From positions 46,562,001 to 46,626,000 of the forward strand of contig NC_042999.1 in the NCBI RefSeq assembly GCF_006345805.1: DNA of 64,000 nucleotides, read 5' to 3'. Origin of the DNA: Octopus sinensis (Eukaryota). Of this stretch, positions 11,680-25,037 are shown piece by piece. Made by a program: the position numbers and the translations under genes. The first letter of the stretch is position 1. Every line of letters begins with the position of its first letter. The notes beneath the pieces are model-generated. The model was not told the origin of the DNA, did no database searches, and worked only from the letters and a program-made list of their open reading frames with translations.

Positions 11680-12480
11680 TTTTTAGAACCGCATAAAAAT
11701 TTTCTAAACTGAATGAAAGCACGTATTGGCATTTCATAGATTCTTTAGCTATTATCACATTTTACGTCTGATTAAGCTTGGGCTTAAGTAGATTATTAAA
11801 TGTCTAACAGATTAATATTTAGTCTAATGTTAATTTTTCATTCAACTCAATATTAAATCAAATATCTGACTATCTTGCTTACAACCTTCTATCAAGATGT
11901 TCCCACCTATGTTCTACTGAATTTAAATCATGGCTTTGAGCAATCCATTTAACAGATTAATTTCTGAATTCTTTTCCAAACTTGTGATAACTTGTTTCTG
12001 TGGCTCGGGAATCTTTCTCCTAAAATATATTGATGCTCCTATCAGTTCCTATATCGGAAAAGATGGCTATTGTCAGACCATTCTCAAGCACTTATAAGAT
12101 TTTCATTTCTTAAATGAAGTACAATGCTCTTCACGCAGCAACTATCTTCAAGATTAAAATTCTAACTCTTCCGTGTTTAACTGCTACTTGTAAATAAACC
12201 ACTTGCCCTTTTCAGTTTTGTTACATCACAAATAGAGCTGTCTTGAATTGGAGTACTGGCAGAATTTTCTCCCATCAGGTCATTTTACTTGCGGCCAAAA
12301 CCTATTTAACTTTTCGCAGAACACTTTGACCCGTAGAATCTTTTAAGCTTTATAGCTTTTGAAGACATTGGTTATTTTCTTGCAACCCTTACTTGATATC
12401 CAAAGTATTTACAATATTATTCTGTTGCAGTACAACAACATATCCATTGAATTTTCAACTGTTCAACCTCATGCACGTCG
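11680..12480 (-). pseudogene. Tc1-type transposase remnant
   Basis: Minus strand gives GYQVRVARK*PMSSKAIKLKRF and KWIAQSHDLNSVEHRWEHLDRR (cf. Tc1 WPAQSPDLNPIEHLW). Confidence 0.75.
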
Positions 12481-13381
12481 AAGTATAAAACGTTACCTCT
12501 AAGTGGCACACGTAGCCTTCACAGAAATTTCTGTGTATTTCCATATCTCTTCACCTCTGCAATGTCCTACTTTCATCAATCACTTAATTATCTTAGCCAC
12601 AGTTAGATGATTAATTTCGAAAACATCGAATTATTTGTAGAGTGGACCTACCACACTGATAACAGTTGATAAATTGTCTGCACATAAATTCATCGTTACT
12701 TTTTTTTTAATTTTTCATTATTGTGCTATTTTATGAAATTAAAGTTACAATTGATCAAGCACCATGATAAACTTCATATATGTAGCTTCAAATTATGAAA
12801 AAAGTAAAACATGTAATTAGAAAGGAAAAAGAGGATGAGGAACTAAAATATTTTCACAGGTCATTGTGTGTGCGTATTAGCGTTTGCATGTGTGTGTGTG
12901 CGTTCAGTGTAAGTGCATGCAACTATATGTACGTGTGTGTGTGTGTGTGTGTATGCACATGTAAGTTTGCAGGAATGATTAATGAGGAATCAACCAAGTA
13001 AGGAAAGACAAATCCTTTGAAACGAAATTATTTTCCTAATTTTCGTTAAGTACAGCTTTACATTTTACAGTTGTTAAATGCTTCCTCTCATCACTACCAG
13101 TGTGCTTGTAATCTTTATTTGGCCATTCCACTCCCTCGCTAACGTTGGACCAAATTCCAATATACTAAGCTCCGTCAAATCGATTAATGGCTTAATCATC
13201 AGGATCTCATTAGTAACTCACAGACTTGAGCCTGTTCTACTTCAATGTAAATTACTCAATTATGTTATGTAAGAATTCCGCTTATGAAATTCAAATGCTC
13301 TCAAGTGACAAATAAGGAGACGGACCAGCATCTCTTCTATGTCATCATCGTCGTTGTTGCCGTCGTCATTCTAATTGCTGC

Positions 13382-13948
13382 TTTCTTCTTCTTCTTCTTC
13401 TTCTTCTTCTTCTTCTTCTTCTTCTTCTTCTTCTTCTTCTTCTTCTCTTCTTCTTCTTCTTCTTCCAGTCAGGACTCATGCCATTAGCCACAAAGAATAA
13501 TCTCTAATTAGAGCCTACTCTAAGCTACTAAGAATGCGTGTGGCAACTTGAAGATCGCCATACCACACACGATGGACTGGCGGTTGCACGGATGCGAAAG
13601 CTACGTTGTTATCCTCATTCAGTAAACGGTGGCTTTTAACGGATGGAGTGCTGAATCATCCTGGGGTAGAGAGGATTCGCAATCTAGACTAGGGTCTGAA
13701 AGTTTACCACACCATAGTGGGTTACACCATGGTTCCTCTGCTTTGTGGCAGAAGTAGGAAGAAAGAGTGAGAGAAAGTTGTGGTGAAAAAGTATTGCGGA
13801 GTTCACCACTCCCCACCTCCCGCCGGAGCCTCGTGGAGCTTAGGTGTTTTTGCTCAATAAATACTCACAATGCCCGGTCTGGAAACCGAAACCGCGTTCT
13901 TACGACCGCTTGTCCGCTGCCCTAACCACTGGGCCATTGCGCCACCAC
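13382..13948 (-). mobile_element. tRNA-derived SINE family C, tail type 1, (GAA)n end
   Basis: Head gtggtggcgcaatggcccagtggttagggcagcggac...ggtttcggtttcc. The body matches 15158-15689. Confidence 0.85.
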
Positions 13949-14240
13949 TATTGCTGCTGTTGCAGCGGTGGTCCGCGTTGTAGAAGCTGTTATCATTCTT
14001 GACGCTGAAATCGTGGTCAGAGATTTGGTCGACATCGTAACCATCGTCGAGGTGTTGACGCCATGCTCGTCGTCATCATCATCCTCAGAAGCGGCAATTG
14101 AGAAACAAAGAGAAATAGCAGTACTAATGACATGTCGTAGAATTTCATATTCGAGACGCAAGATTTATTCATGACAGCAGAGGATCAAAGTCTTCCTCTT
14201 CACAAACGAAATTCATGTACAGTAAGTAGCATATTTTAAA

Positions 14241-14613
14241 TTCTTTTATTCTTTTACTGGTTTCAGTCATTTGACTGCGGCCATGCCAGAGCACCGACTT
14301 TAGTCGAACAAACAGATCACATAATTATTATTTGTAAGCTTAGTACTTATTCTCTAAGTTTTTTGCTGCGCCGCTAAGTTACGGGGATGTAAATACATCA
14401 AAATCGGTTGTTAAGCGATGGTGAGGGGTGGGGTGGGGGGCAAACATAGACACTCACATATACGATAGGCTTCTTTCAATTTCCGTCCACCAGATTTACT
14501 CCAAAGGCTTTGGTCAGCCCGAGGCTATAGAAGACGCTTGTCTAAGAGGCCACACTGTGGGACTGAACCCGGAACCATGTAGTTGGGAAGCAAGCTTCTG
14601 ACCACACGACCAG
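14241..14613 (-). mobile_element. tRNA-derived SINE family B, near full length
   Basis: Minus strand: gtgtggtcagaagcttgcttcccaac..ggttccgggttcagtccc (tRNA-like head). Tail catggccgcagtcaaatgactgaaac.agtaaaagaat. Confidence 0.8.
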
Positions 14614-15157
14614 TCAAAAAACAAAAGAATCTGCAAATGTTTGAAAATGAACTATACACCTATTTATGTTACGTTGTCCAAGAAGAAGTTCATATAAAGG
14701 CATGACAACGTTTGGAATTCCTACGCAAAACTGTATGCAAGCATACTGATTTACCAACAAAAGGTAGACAGTAGAGACACATCAGAAAAAATCTCAGAGT
14801 ATGAGAAAAAAATTCTGTAATATATTTATACATATAAAGAGAAATCTGTCAAGAATCTTAAGTTCTTTTTAGTAGATTATCACAAGATTGAAATAAATAA
14901 ATCATACATATATAAAGATCTGGAAATAGTGATAACCTGAATATTCATACTGAAAATAGAAACAGTACTTATAATATGTGCCTCAGTGATGGTTGAGTAA
15001 GCTTGCTGACAAGTACATAACCTTCCCAGTTATTCAAAGAAGCACACTATACAGAAAATCTGCTTTCTGTACGTATGTTATGCAGAATACTAATATAATA
15101 GAAAGTACAATACCAAAACAAAACAATATACGTGCAGGCACAAGGCTGTCCTGGTTG

Positions 15158-15689
15158 TTTCTTCTTCTTCTTCTTCTTCTTCTTCTTCTTCTTCTTCTTC
15201 TTCTTCTTCTTCCAATCAGGACTCACGCCATTAGCCACAAAGAATGATCTCTAATTCGAGCCTACTCTAAGCTACTAAGAATGCATGTGGCAACTTGAAG
15301 ATCCACCCTCTACACGCGATAGACTGGCGGTTGCACGGGCGCGAAAGCTATGTTGTTGTCCTCATTCCGTAAACGGTGGCTTTTAAAGAGTGGAGAGCTG
15401 AACCATCCTGGGGTAGAGAGGATTCGCAATCTAGACTAGGTTCTGAAAGTTTACTACACCATAGTGGGTTACACCATGGTTTCTCTTCTTTGTGACAGAA
15501 GTAAGAAGAAAGAGTGAGAGAAAGTTGTGGTGACAGAGTACAGCGAGGTTCACCCCCTCCCCGCCGGAGCCTCGTAGAGCTTAGATGTTTTTGCTCAATA
15601 AACACTCACAATGCTCGATCTGGGAATCGGAGCCGCGTTCTTACGACCGCGAGTACGCTGCCCTAACCACTGGGCCATTGCGCCTCCAC
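15158..15689 (-). mobile_element. tRNA-derived SINE family C, tail type 1, (GAA)n end
   Basis: Head GTGGAGGCGCAATGGCCCAGTGGTTAGGG. Paralog of 13382-13948. Confidence 0.85.
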
Positions 15690-16109
15690 CCTAGTTGTTG
15701 TTGCTTGTGGAGTAAAACCAAATATTAGAAATATGATTAAAAAAGAACTTTTTCTTTTTAACCAGTAGAATCATTTATACATACTGTGTGTGAATGTATG
15801 TAGAATGTACTTTAATAGTAATAAAAAAAGCAATAGATTATTTTCTCTGCTGTAGTCATACTTTTAGTAGTCTTAATTCATACATAAGTCGGATGTAAGA
15901 ATGAGCCTCGGCGGGATAAAAAAAAAATTGTTTTGCAAACGTCTCACATAAGCATATGTAAATGTACATAAAACATTATATAAGAGTGAAGAGAAAGATA
16001 AAATAGTAAACAATGTATTGGAACATATTTACAAAATAATAAAATCCACAGTCATTAATTCAATATATACATATGATAGAATCTTTCGTCGAAGTCGAGA
16101 TATGTGTTC

Positions 16110-16350
16110 GGCTTTTGCTGAACGATCTGCACAAATGGATGCTTTTATTGTGTTCAAATTTATGTGCTGAACATTAACTCACTTCCTCCATCAGATCAAC
16201 ATTATTTAGGCAAGTGCACCTCGCGTCAGATGTCCAAGTAATCGCAGAACAATGTAAAATGAAGTGTTTTGATCAAGAACACAATGCACCACTGGGTCCA
16301 ATAATTGAAATCACGATATTGCGATCGTGTGTGCGTTACAATACCCACTT
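16110..16350 (-). mobile_element. SINE family D, degenerate
   Basis: Shares ctgcacaaa...cacctc..tcaga..aagt.atcgca.aacaa..tgaagtg..ttg.tcaagaa with 6400-6667. Confidence 0.45.
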
Positions 16351-16609
16351 TATAAATATGCCAAAAGTAAGCAGTGTTAGTGGTTATAGTAACCGACTAA
16401 GGGATAAAATATCTGAATTTACTATCGGTATCAGTTACCTGTGCTATCCCTTGGCATGGGTATGCAAGCACACTATGCTCGTAGGGTACAAATAACAACA
16501 GAAGAAACAAAAGTTTATCATGAATGAACCACTGCACAGCTGTTCATTAGAACAGTTATATTCGTGAAATATGTGCGGAGGACCTGCTTCCCAACACACT
16601 TCAGATAGA

Positions 16610-17075
16610 CAGTCCTAGGAAGATTGTTGAGATTGTGTCTCGTCTTAAATACCATTGTAGAAGGGTGATTGCTACCTGAGCAGCGGGTGTCGAAGGAGAG
16701 TGTAGCGAGACCATTCATGCCTTTTCTATATGTCGGAATCACGACAAACTACAGGAATGCATAATTCAGTCGGTTCTTCTTGGAACCACAGTTTTCAGTA
16801 ACTTGTGGAGGGCCTACCCCAACATTCGTGAAACTGGTAGTCATAATTTTCGACATAGAACACTGAGCCACAGTAATGAGTTTATTACCTCGAAGGCTGT
16901 TACTCACATGCAAGATGTGGACAAAGTACATAGGTGTGTTTAAACAAGGGAATAAATGAGGCTGTGGGACCCACCGTTTCATGGGAGACACGTAGCTCTG
17001 CGAGTTTATGTGTCACAAGAAACACTAAAAATTTAATTTGTTTGAGAAACCTGTAGAGTGTATCTGAGGCTTCGA
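16610..17075 (+). pseudogene. Merlin (IS1016/ISXO2-like DDE) transposase fragment, copy 1
   Basis: PRKIVEIVS..KYHCRRVI...RNHDKLQECIIQSVLLGTTVFSNLWRAYPNI...FRHRTLSHSNEF (cf. Merlin GKIVEIDES..KY.RGR, GT.I.SD.W.AY, H.TVNHS). Confidence 0.75.
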
Positions 17076-17675
17076 TTTTGAATTTTCGCTACTGAAAATG
17101 TATAAATTGTCGTCCGTGCAATTTCTACTTTGTTTAATAAAAATTCGTTGTAATGTCCTGATAGTCAGATATCATGGAGAAAATGCCTGCTTCCAAATAC
17201 TATTTTCTGACGGATAAAAATTATCAAAACTTGAAACCTCTGTAATACTTTTGTAAAATGTTTCTAAAGCAAGAGAATAACAAAGTCAGATTCAATGTAA
17301 AAAAGTACATCTATATGCCAAATTTGAAAGTTTTCACTTAATCACTAAATTTCAAAACGTATGACAGCAACAGGAAAGATCGAAGCTCGTTTCCTTCAAT
17401 TTGAAGCAAAATCGACGGTGGACAAAGAACAATTGTACTCTTATATCTCTTACTGTGACCTTCAATTACGTCTTATCTTGCATTGCAGCATCAGGCTATA
17501 CACAGGTATATTTTTAATTACTTGACACAACGACAGATATGAAAATCAGATGCCCTGACAAATCTTTTGAAGTCATATCGCTCTCCACATCGTCCTACTA
17601 TTTCTTAATCTGCTTATTTTAAGACATTGAAAGCCCCTAAACTTTTTGTGGAACTGAAGTGTGTTCCTTTCCTTT

Positions 17676-17819
17676 CAACTAGTACTTATTACTTCAGCCC
17701 TGAAAAGATGAAAGGCAAAGTCGACTTCGACGGTATTTGAACTTAGAACGCAAATAGCCTGAATAAATGCTGTTGAGAATTTTGCTCAGCGTGCTAACGC
17801 TTCTGATGAATCGCCGCCC
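17676..17819 (-). mobile_element. SINE family A
   Basis: gatgaaaggcaaagtcgac...tttgaact...cgtgctaacg...tcgccgcc on the plus strand. Confidence 0.7.
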
Positions 17820-17914
17820 GACTGACAGCCATAGTAATAGGTTAAAATTTCAATACAAAGCCAATAGTTTATAAAGGAGTAGGTATGTCGATTACATCGA
17901 CTCGTGTTCAAATG

Positions 17915-18390
17915 GTAGTCCTGTTGAGATTGTCTCGCGAAAATGGTTTCTTCTTAAATACAACTGCAGAAGTATGATTGCAGCGGGTTTTCAGAGAAGT
18001 GTGTCGCGTGACAAGCCATGTTTCCTTTATGTGCTGCCATGTCGGAATCGCGACACACTACACGAATGCATAATTCAGTCGGTTCTTATGGAAACCAGAA
18101 TTTTCTGTGACTTTAGCGGGCTTACTCTCACATTTTTAAAATTGAAGATTATGATTTTCGACATAGAACACTGAATCATAGCGTTGAGTCTATTACCTCG
18201 AATGATGTACCCACATGCAAAATGTGGACAAAGCACATAGGTGTGTGTAAACAAGGGAATAAATGAGGCTGTAGTATCCACCGTTTTATGGGTGACTCCC
18301 TGCGAGTTTATGTGGCACAGGAGATACGAAAATGAAAATTTGTTTGAGAAACTCTTAGAGTGTATCGGAGACTTTTGTTTCTGGTATTTT
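17915..18390 (+). pseudogene. Merlin transposase fragment, copy 2
   Basis: Paralog of 16610-17075: CRNRDTLHECIIQSVLMETRIFCDF...FRHRTLNHS. Confidence 0.75.
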
Positions 18391-18849
18391 ATCGGTCTCA
18401 AATGGATTAAAACAGGATTTGAACACAGAACTTAAAGATAACGAAGAAATACCGCAATGCATTTTCTTTACCTGTCTAAGACATTTGCCAAACGAAAACT
18501 CTGCTGATTAGGATAGTAATACTAATAATGGTTTCCATTCTATTTTATGCCTAATAGCTTTAAGTTAGTTATTAAAAATAAGTCACTTTGGTATAGCCTT
18601 AAGAGAGAAGGAGAACGACATTCATCTTTCATCGCTACATTGTGAATAGCTTCAATTTCTACAGAGCAAACGGTTTCCTGTTCCAGAGTTTCTTCCGTAT
18701 AGTTAAGTTGTGCAGTAATGACTGGAGAAATTGATCCTGGGAAAATACAAGAGTCTTCCTGCTTCTTCTGAGCTGGCAATCTTGCAGTGCATGTACAAAT
18801 TATTGCAAATGGCTATTTGGTGTCAAATATAAAATAGTTAAAAATGTCT

Positions 18850-19636
18850 TAAGAGATGGTTTTCGTACTAATATCTTAAGAGATCGATCCTCAGAGAACC
18901 CAGAGTCTTCTCCTCGTAAAACTGAATCTGCAAAAGGACAAAATTCCACCAGACAGTCCAGCAAAAGGCCAGAAGACGTGCACCAGGTCAACGAACCTTT
19001 CCTTTCCTTTCGCCCTTTTCAAGCATAGCCAGGCTCATGTGCTCAGTTTCCCGGTTCCTGTGGCGTATGTGTTCCTCCCAGCTGAACAGGACGCCAGTCC
19101 ATCGCAGCGTTACTCAAGAAACAGGAAGAGAGAGTGAGAGAAAGTTGTTGCGAATGAGTACAACAGGGGTCGCAACCACCCTCTGCCGGAGCCTCGTGGA
19201 GCTTTTAGGTGTTTTTGCTCAATAAACATACACAACACCCGGCCTGGGAATCGAAACCGCTATTCTCCGACCGCGAGTCCGCTGCCCTAACCACTGGACC
19301 ATTGCGCCTCCACAGGACAATGAACACCCAATCCAAAATTCAATTCTTGTTACCAGCTACTTCACAAAACGGGCATCAAAACTGTTCTTTGCTCTCTCGA
19401 CAGCCCAGACCTTGTTCCCTGTGACTTTTTGTTGTTTTTCAAGCTGAAAGAGATGAGGTGTGACAATTGTCACAGACACATTCTCTTTAGAGGACTTCAA
19501 TGGGACTTCGTGAAATGGTTGGAGCTCTACAAGTATATTGAAGTAAGAGCATCTTATTTTGAAGGAGCTTTACGTCTTTGAAAGTAGTTAGTGTCTCACC
19601 TGAAAAAGACTCAAAACTTCTGGAATGCACCTTGTA
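18850..19636 (+). pseudogene. mariner transposase C-terminal remnant, interrupted by a SINE
   Basis: KRPEDVHQ | QDN...ILVTSYFTK.GIKTV...SPDLVPCDFLLFFKLKE. Ends with TIR-like aaacttctggaatgcaccttg followed by TA. Confidence 0.65.
18997..19313 (-). mobile_element. tRNA-derived SINE family C, tail type 2
   Basis: Same head as 15689 but a different 3' module ending in a GAAAG repeat. 12-bp TSD aggtcaacgaac / aggacaatgaac. Confidence 0.85.
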
Positions 19637-20241
19637 TCTTTAGTACAGTATTCAAAGTGCCCTTCCTTCCTGCAGTTAGGTTTGATTGGAATTTCTTACA
19701 TCCTCGATCGGAATTTCTTACATTGATGCTATTTTTCATCAATTCCAATGAATTCACAGCTGAACTAAAATATGGAAAAAATATCGAATTTATAAAGAAA
19801 AGGCTAAATATTCAAATAAACCTACAGCAAGTATTTTTTTTGAAAGTTTATAATGGAATGCAATTTTAAATAGTTAACGTATTATTAAAGAAAGAGCTAA
19901 GCTAAGCAAAATTTACACTTAATAGTAGAAGAATTGATGTTTAATGTAATGCCTGTTGGTTATAGATAAGAAAAAAAGTTATAGAAAAACACATCATGGT
20001 ACAAGGCATTTATTGTAATGTGTCCATCAACGAACGTACGATTAAGTATAAATGTAGTCTACTATAGAATAAATAAATTCAATTTCGGTGTCGTTTGAAT
20101 GCAACTAATTGTAATATGATAAGAGAAGTTCCTGAAATAACAATAGAGATATTATATCAGTTGCTCCCGATAATGTCTCCGTTTAAGCATAACACCGTAG
20201 GCTAAAGTGTCGCTATAAACGTTATTATGCGCGTGTATGAG

Positions 20242-20326
<85 letters not shown>

Positions 20327-21395
20327 GTATTTATATATAAGTGTGTGTATATACAAGAAAGAAAGAATTATAAACATAATAGACAGATTTTCTTGCGTAT
20401 GTAAATATCTTATCTCATAAAGAGTGGAATATCAAATAAGAAATATAAACAAAGCATATTTCTACAGAATAAAATACATGATTCTATTGTCATATCCAGG
20501 CGATAATCTATAAGGAAATATTGAGGAAGAATTGATGCGCTGACTGTAATCAGATCGAGCATGAATATTAAGATATTAGAAGTGAAAATGCCCTCTCAAA
20601 TTAGATAAACCGAAGGCAGACGACAGGAAATGGTGACATGGCGGAAAACTTATTCATGTTCGTTTTCGTTTCGATAAGTGTATGCATTTTTGAAATGTAT
20701 ACGTAATGAATATATGTGGTTGTGTTATATATTGCAAATGTGCATATGTTGTATATGATTGTAGTTTGTGATAGATAAACCGTTAGAAAGATCTACACAC
20801 ACTCAAATACATAGATAGTGGGAGCAAAAAAGTACGTGCATTTGTGCGCATGTCTGCGTGTATTTGTATTTAAGACAGATTAAAATAGAGTAATTGAAAA
20901 GCATTATTTGGTGCATGTTTGTCTGTTAATTTTCTTTTTGCGCGTGTGCGTAATTGTCAGAGTAACCTTTAATCAGCGAGACAACGATTTTAATCAATTT
21001 CTGAAGAACTTCAGTAATTAATGGAAATCTTAATATGAATTATATTACACTAATCTTAAAAGAATTTACTTTCTGTTTGATGTAAAGCCGATTTAATGAA
21101 ACTGTATAAGTTAAGTAGAGAAGTATTAAATTAACTGGTAGGAGAAAAAATAGAACAGCTTGGAGAATACAGGTAATAAATATTAGGTTCCACGAAGAAT
21201 TGGACGTCTTGAAAGAAAAAAACAAAACAATGAAAAACTGACAGTTAAAAATGAAATTGTACAAATAGGTTTCAAAAAGTTTATAATGTAGAACTGGGAA
21301 ATTGTCGATATTGATCGATGCAATCGCAGCTTCGCACCTGTAAATTGAACCTAGTTTGAAAGTTAAGAGTATATCCTTACTAATGTCTGTCTTTC

Positions 21396-21426
<31 letters not shown>

Positions 21427-21836
21427 TAATTAGAAGCATTTTCTTTTTTTATCGTTTAAAAAGAAATGTCTTGTTGAAAACGTGACTCGAATTCTTTTTC
21501 AAACTGTCAAAATCTTGAAGTGTATTTTTTTAAGAGCACTTTTCTATGTTTTAGTGCACTACTTAAGATGTATATTTGGTGGATGAATGGTTAGAATTTG
21601 TAATAAGAGAAAATGGTTAGGGGTATAAACTTACATCTTACATTCTGATGCTAATTTTCTTACTCTTTGGAGTTTGTGAAATAAAGAGTTGTGCATGAAA
21701 TTAGAACTGTGTCTCATGTAACGAAATTTTTTCGTTTGCAACCCACAAGAGGCTAAACACAGAGAGATAAATACAAACATATAAGTGGGAATAAAAAAAG
21801 ACAAACGGATGGGGATAATGAATAAAGAAATGGGAC

Positions 21837-23260
21837 GAAGCCGTTCGACCCCACATCTGAACGACTTCATTTACTTTTTTTATATACAAATTTTACTTAA
21901 AATATACGTCGCTGAAGTTTAACTTAGGCAGCAACTTAGTTGCGTCTGCTGTCACGCCCATGTCCAATATTTCTATCCCAGACTTTTCCATTAGTTTTAC
22001 CTTCTCCTCCTGATACACTATGACGCTTCCAAAGTTTTTGGGTAAATCCTTCTCTCCTGCGTCCACTGACACAGGTAGGGTATTTGTGTTCATTAAATTG
22101 TTCTTCAGTTTTGCGTGTAAATTGTAAATTAGAGCAAAACACTTTTCGGGGGATGGGTGCTGGGAGGTTTCGGCACCTATATGTTTGTTTATTGTTTGTG
22201 TCAGGAGGGGCAAGGTTGGAGACTGCAGGGGGAGGGTGTGACAGCTTGGGATCGGGTGGAGATTCACATTTTTCCCTCAGACATTTTCTCCCTTCTTTGC
22301 TTTGTTGTCCGTTCTTGTTCATTTTCCTTCTTTGGCTCCTCTTCACTTGTAGCCGACTTTTCCGGAGGTGCGATTTTTTCTTTTCGTGCCTTTGATGCCT
22401 TTTCACTGGGTGGAGAGCATTCTGATTTAATGTGGCCTTTTCGCCACATTTAAAACACTTTGGCGTCCTGCTCTCCACCATGACTCTCAACTTCATGTCC
22501 CCACCAACTGTAATGGTCTCTACTATCCTTTCTAAATCTTCCGGGATGGCCTGGATCACAATTTCGAAGTCCTGGCCTTTGCCAATTCCTTCTCAGTACT
22601 CTTTTTGCCTGGAGGACCATAATCCGGTCCTCCATACCAAGTAGGATGGTTGCTTCAAGCCAGGTAACATCCAACTCCGGAGGATCTCATCTACCCTTAC
22701 CTGAGAAGCACGTCTTCCTAGATAAATGGGTGGAAGGACCACCTCTTTCATCTTGAGTGGAGTGACGGCATGCTGTCTGGCCACAGCCTCGGACGCCAAC
22801 CGCAGCTCTAACATTGCGAACTTCCTCTCTCTAGTTAGGTATTCAACCTCTTTACATATGGGCTGCAGAGCCTTTTCCACTTCAGCTCTCGTAGTTACCT
22901 CTATCCAATAGAGTTTTATGTTGTATGTTCTATACAACCCCGTTCTTTTGGCTGCCTTTTCGGTAGTTTGTGTGGGAGGGGATAACTTAACATCATTCCC
23001 AAGCCTTTTCATCATTTTTTTGAATTTTTTAATTCCCTCCACATACACATCTTCAAACCTCCGGCTTACCGCCTCTGCGAAATTCATCTTTTTCATGCTT
23101 TTATATATTTCATCTAGATATCTTATATCTCCTTCTCAGACGACGACAGGTCTGAGTAGCTAATTCTCTCTATTTTTCCGAGCCGCCTTCTTCAGTCAAG
23201 GGGTACAGCGTCAACAAAACTGCCGTAGGCAGCAGAAACAAGTACAACAATTAATAACAA
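21837..23260 (-). mobile_element. gag-like ORF1-only retroelement (CCHC zinc knuckle, L1/Tx1-like ORF1), frameshifted
   Basis: Overlapping ORFs 23096->21893 join into one protein with LRVMVESRTPKCFKCGEKGHIKSEC (CX2CX4HX4C) and a K/E-rich linker. No ORF2 seen downstream. Confidence 0.7.
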
Positions 23261-24673
23261 ATAGAACTCAATACACTTTGACTAACATTTCGAACGTATT
23301 CCATAAATGGGAGGTAGCCCATGTAACGGAATATACACTAAAAGCTAGAGTTTCAATTTGCTTGCGGCCAAAGTCTACTAAAAGTAAGTGAAATATACAT
23401 AAAAAGAAACAATTTTATGAAATGTTAAGCCTTTCCATTTTTTAATACAAGTAACGGGTGTTTTAACACCACCGTTTCGAATCCCTGCCCTCTGTGTTCA
23501 AATCCCATTGCACTGGTAGTTCTTGTTTTACGAAATACCCTTACAGAGCGGTTGATTGGCTGTACTGCATGAAAGTCGAAACGGATGTAATTTTTTTCTC
23601 ATTAAATTCATATCACACCAAGATCTACATGCGTAGTAGATTTAATCTATGGCTCGGTGTAATATGCCAGCTGACGCCATGATTGTCTTTAGCAAAATTC
23701 ACTTCTTTACATGCTTTCGGACGAGATCTCTGACCAAGCAATATTACATTTCACATTGCCACTACTTTCGGAGACCCTGTGAGGTGTTATGGGTACTGTT
23801 TTACCTTCTGACTAAAAGGTAAATAAGGAAGTATGTCGCTGGGTTGTTCTGACCGGCATTCTCTTCAATAAAGACAACTGATGTGATATGTAGTATAGAT
23901 GTGAAATGTAATTTATCTCATTGCTTGATAGGGAGGACAAGGAACTGATGTGCATATGGTGAAAAGAAATGTGGCTACGCTATTAAGGTATTTCTTGAGA
24001 CCAGTGTGACTAGCGTGGTTTAATATCCTTGTCAACTAGCTGAACGTTAACAGAAAAACAAATATCAGGCTTTGAGAAAACTCCAAGGAGAGGACTTCAT
24101 GGAATCAGAGGTAGAAAGATATGTGAGTGTATGGCAGAAGCACGAAAATAGCGGACTTCCAAGAGCAGGAACCACTGTAACAGAGATAGAAAAATCAGAG
24201 TGGAGACAGAATATACACGAGTAAGTGACTGGAGTGGGAGGGTGAACTAATTTATGCCACTCTGTCTGGTGGCCCTCTTCCGACACACTCTATTTAGAAC
24301 ATGATTTGTATTTTTTCCAGTAAGGAACTTTACATTCTGGAACTCAGGTTCCTTTGCATTACACAAGGCACACAAACAGACACCATCCCATATATATATA
24401 TCAAGGGTTGTATAGAAATAACATAACAAAGGGAGAAATTGACGTAAGCATAAACACTAAAAATTAAACAGAAGCATAATACATGGAAAATTTGAAGCTG
24501 ATTCTTCATCCGTCAATGTCCAAGACATTTTAGTCGTTTCGCGCTTTTAACATTGATTCCACTCCGTCTTGGCAGCGCCAAAGCAGAAAAGATCTGGGAA
24601 TATTTAACAAGGACAAAATCAAGTAAGACAAGCTAAACAAATATTATTTCTTCTACTCGAAGTAAGGTCAGTA

Positions 24674-24737
<64 letters not shown>

Positions 24738-24739
<2 letters not shown>

Positions 24740-24880
24740 GGGTGTCCAAAAAGTTTCGCTTGATTCGTATTTTGAAAACCATTGTAGGTTTTTCAATTAA
24801 GTGTATTCTATAGAACATTACAATACAATGACACAAGGCACAATAAAATAAAAATGTAGTGAAACTTCCTGGACACCCTA
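24738..24880. mobile_element. Tc1/mariner-type MITE (143 bp)
   Basis: TIRs cagggtgtccaaaaagtttcgct / agtgaaacttcctggacacccta, inside a TA-rich tract. Confidence 0.75.
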
Positions 24881-24955
24881 TATATACATACATACATACA
24901 TACATACATACATACATACATACATACATACATACATACATACATAAATACATAC

Positions 24956-24990
<35 letters not shown>

Positions 24991-25037
24991 AATATGTGTG
25001 TGTACGTGAATGAGTATGCATGCATATATATATATAA

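Noticed and set aside
13860-13948. tRNA-like sequence with A and B boxes (also 15600-15689, 19225-19313, 48015-48100)
   Set aside because: These are SINE heads continuing into a shared SINE body, with no complete acceptor stem. Not tRNA genes.
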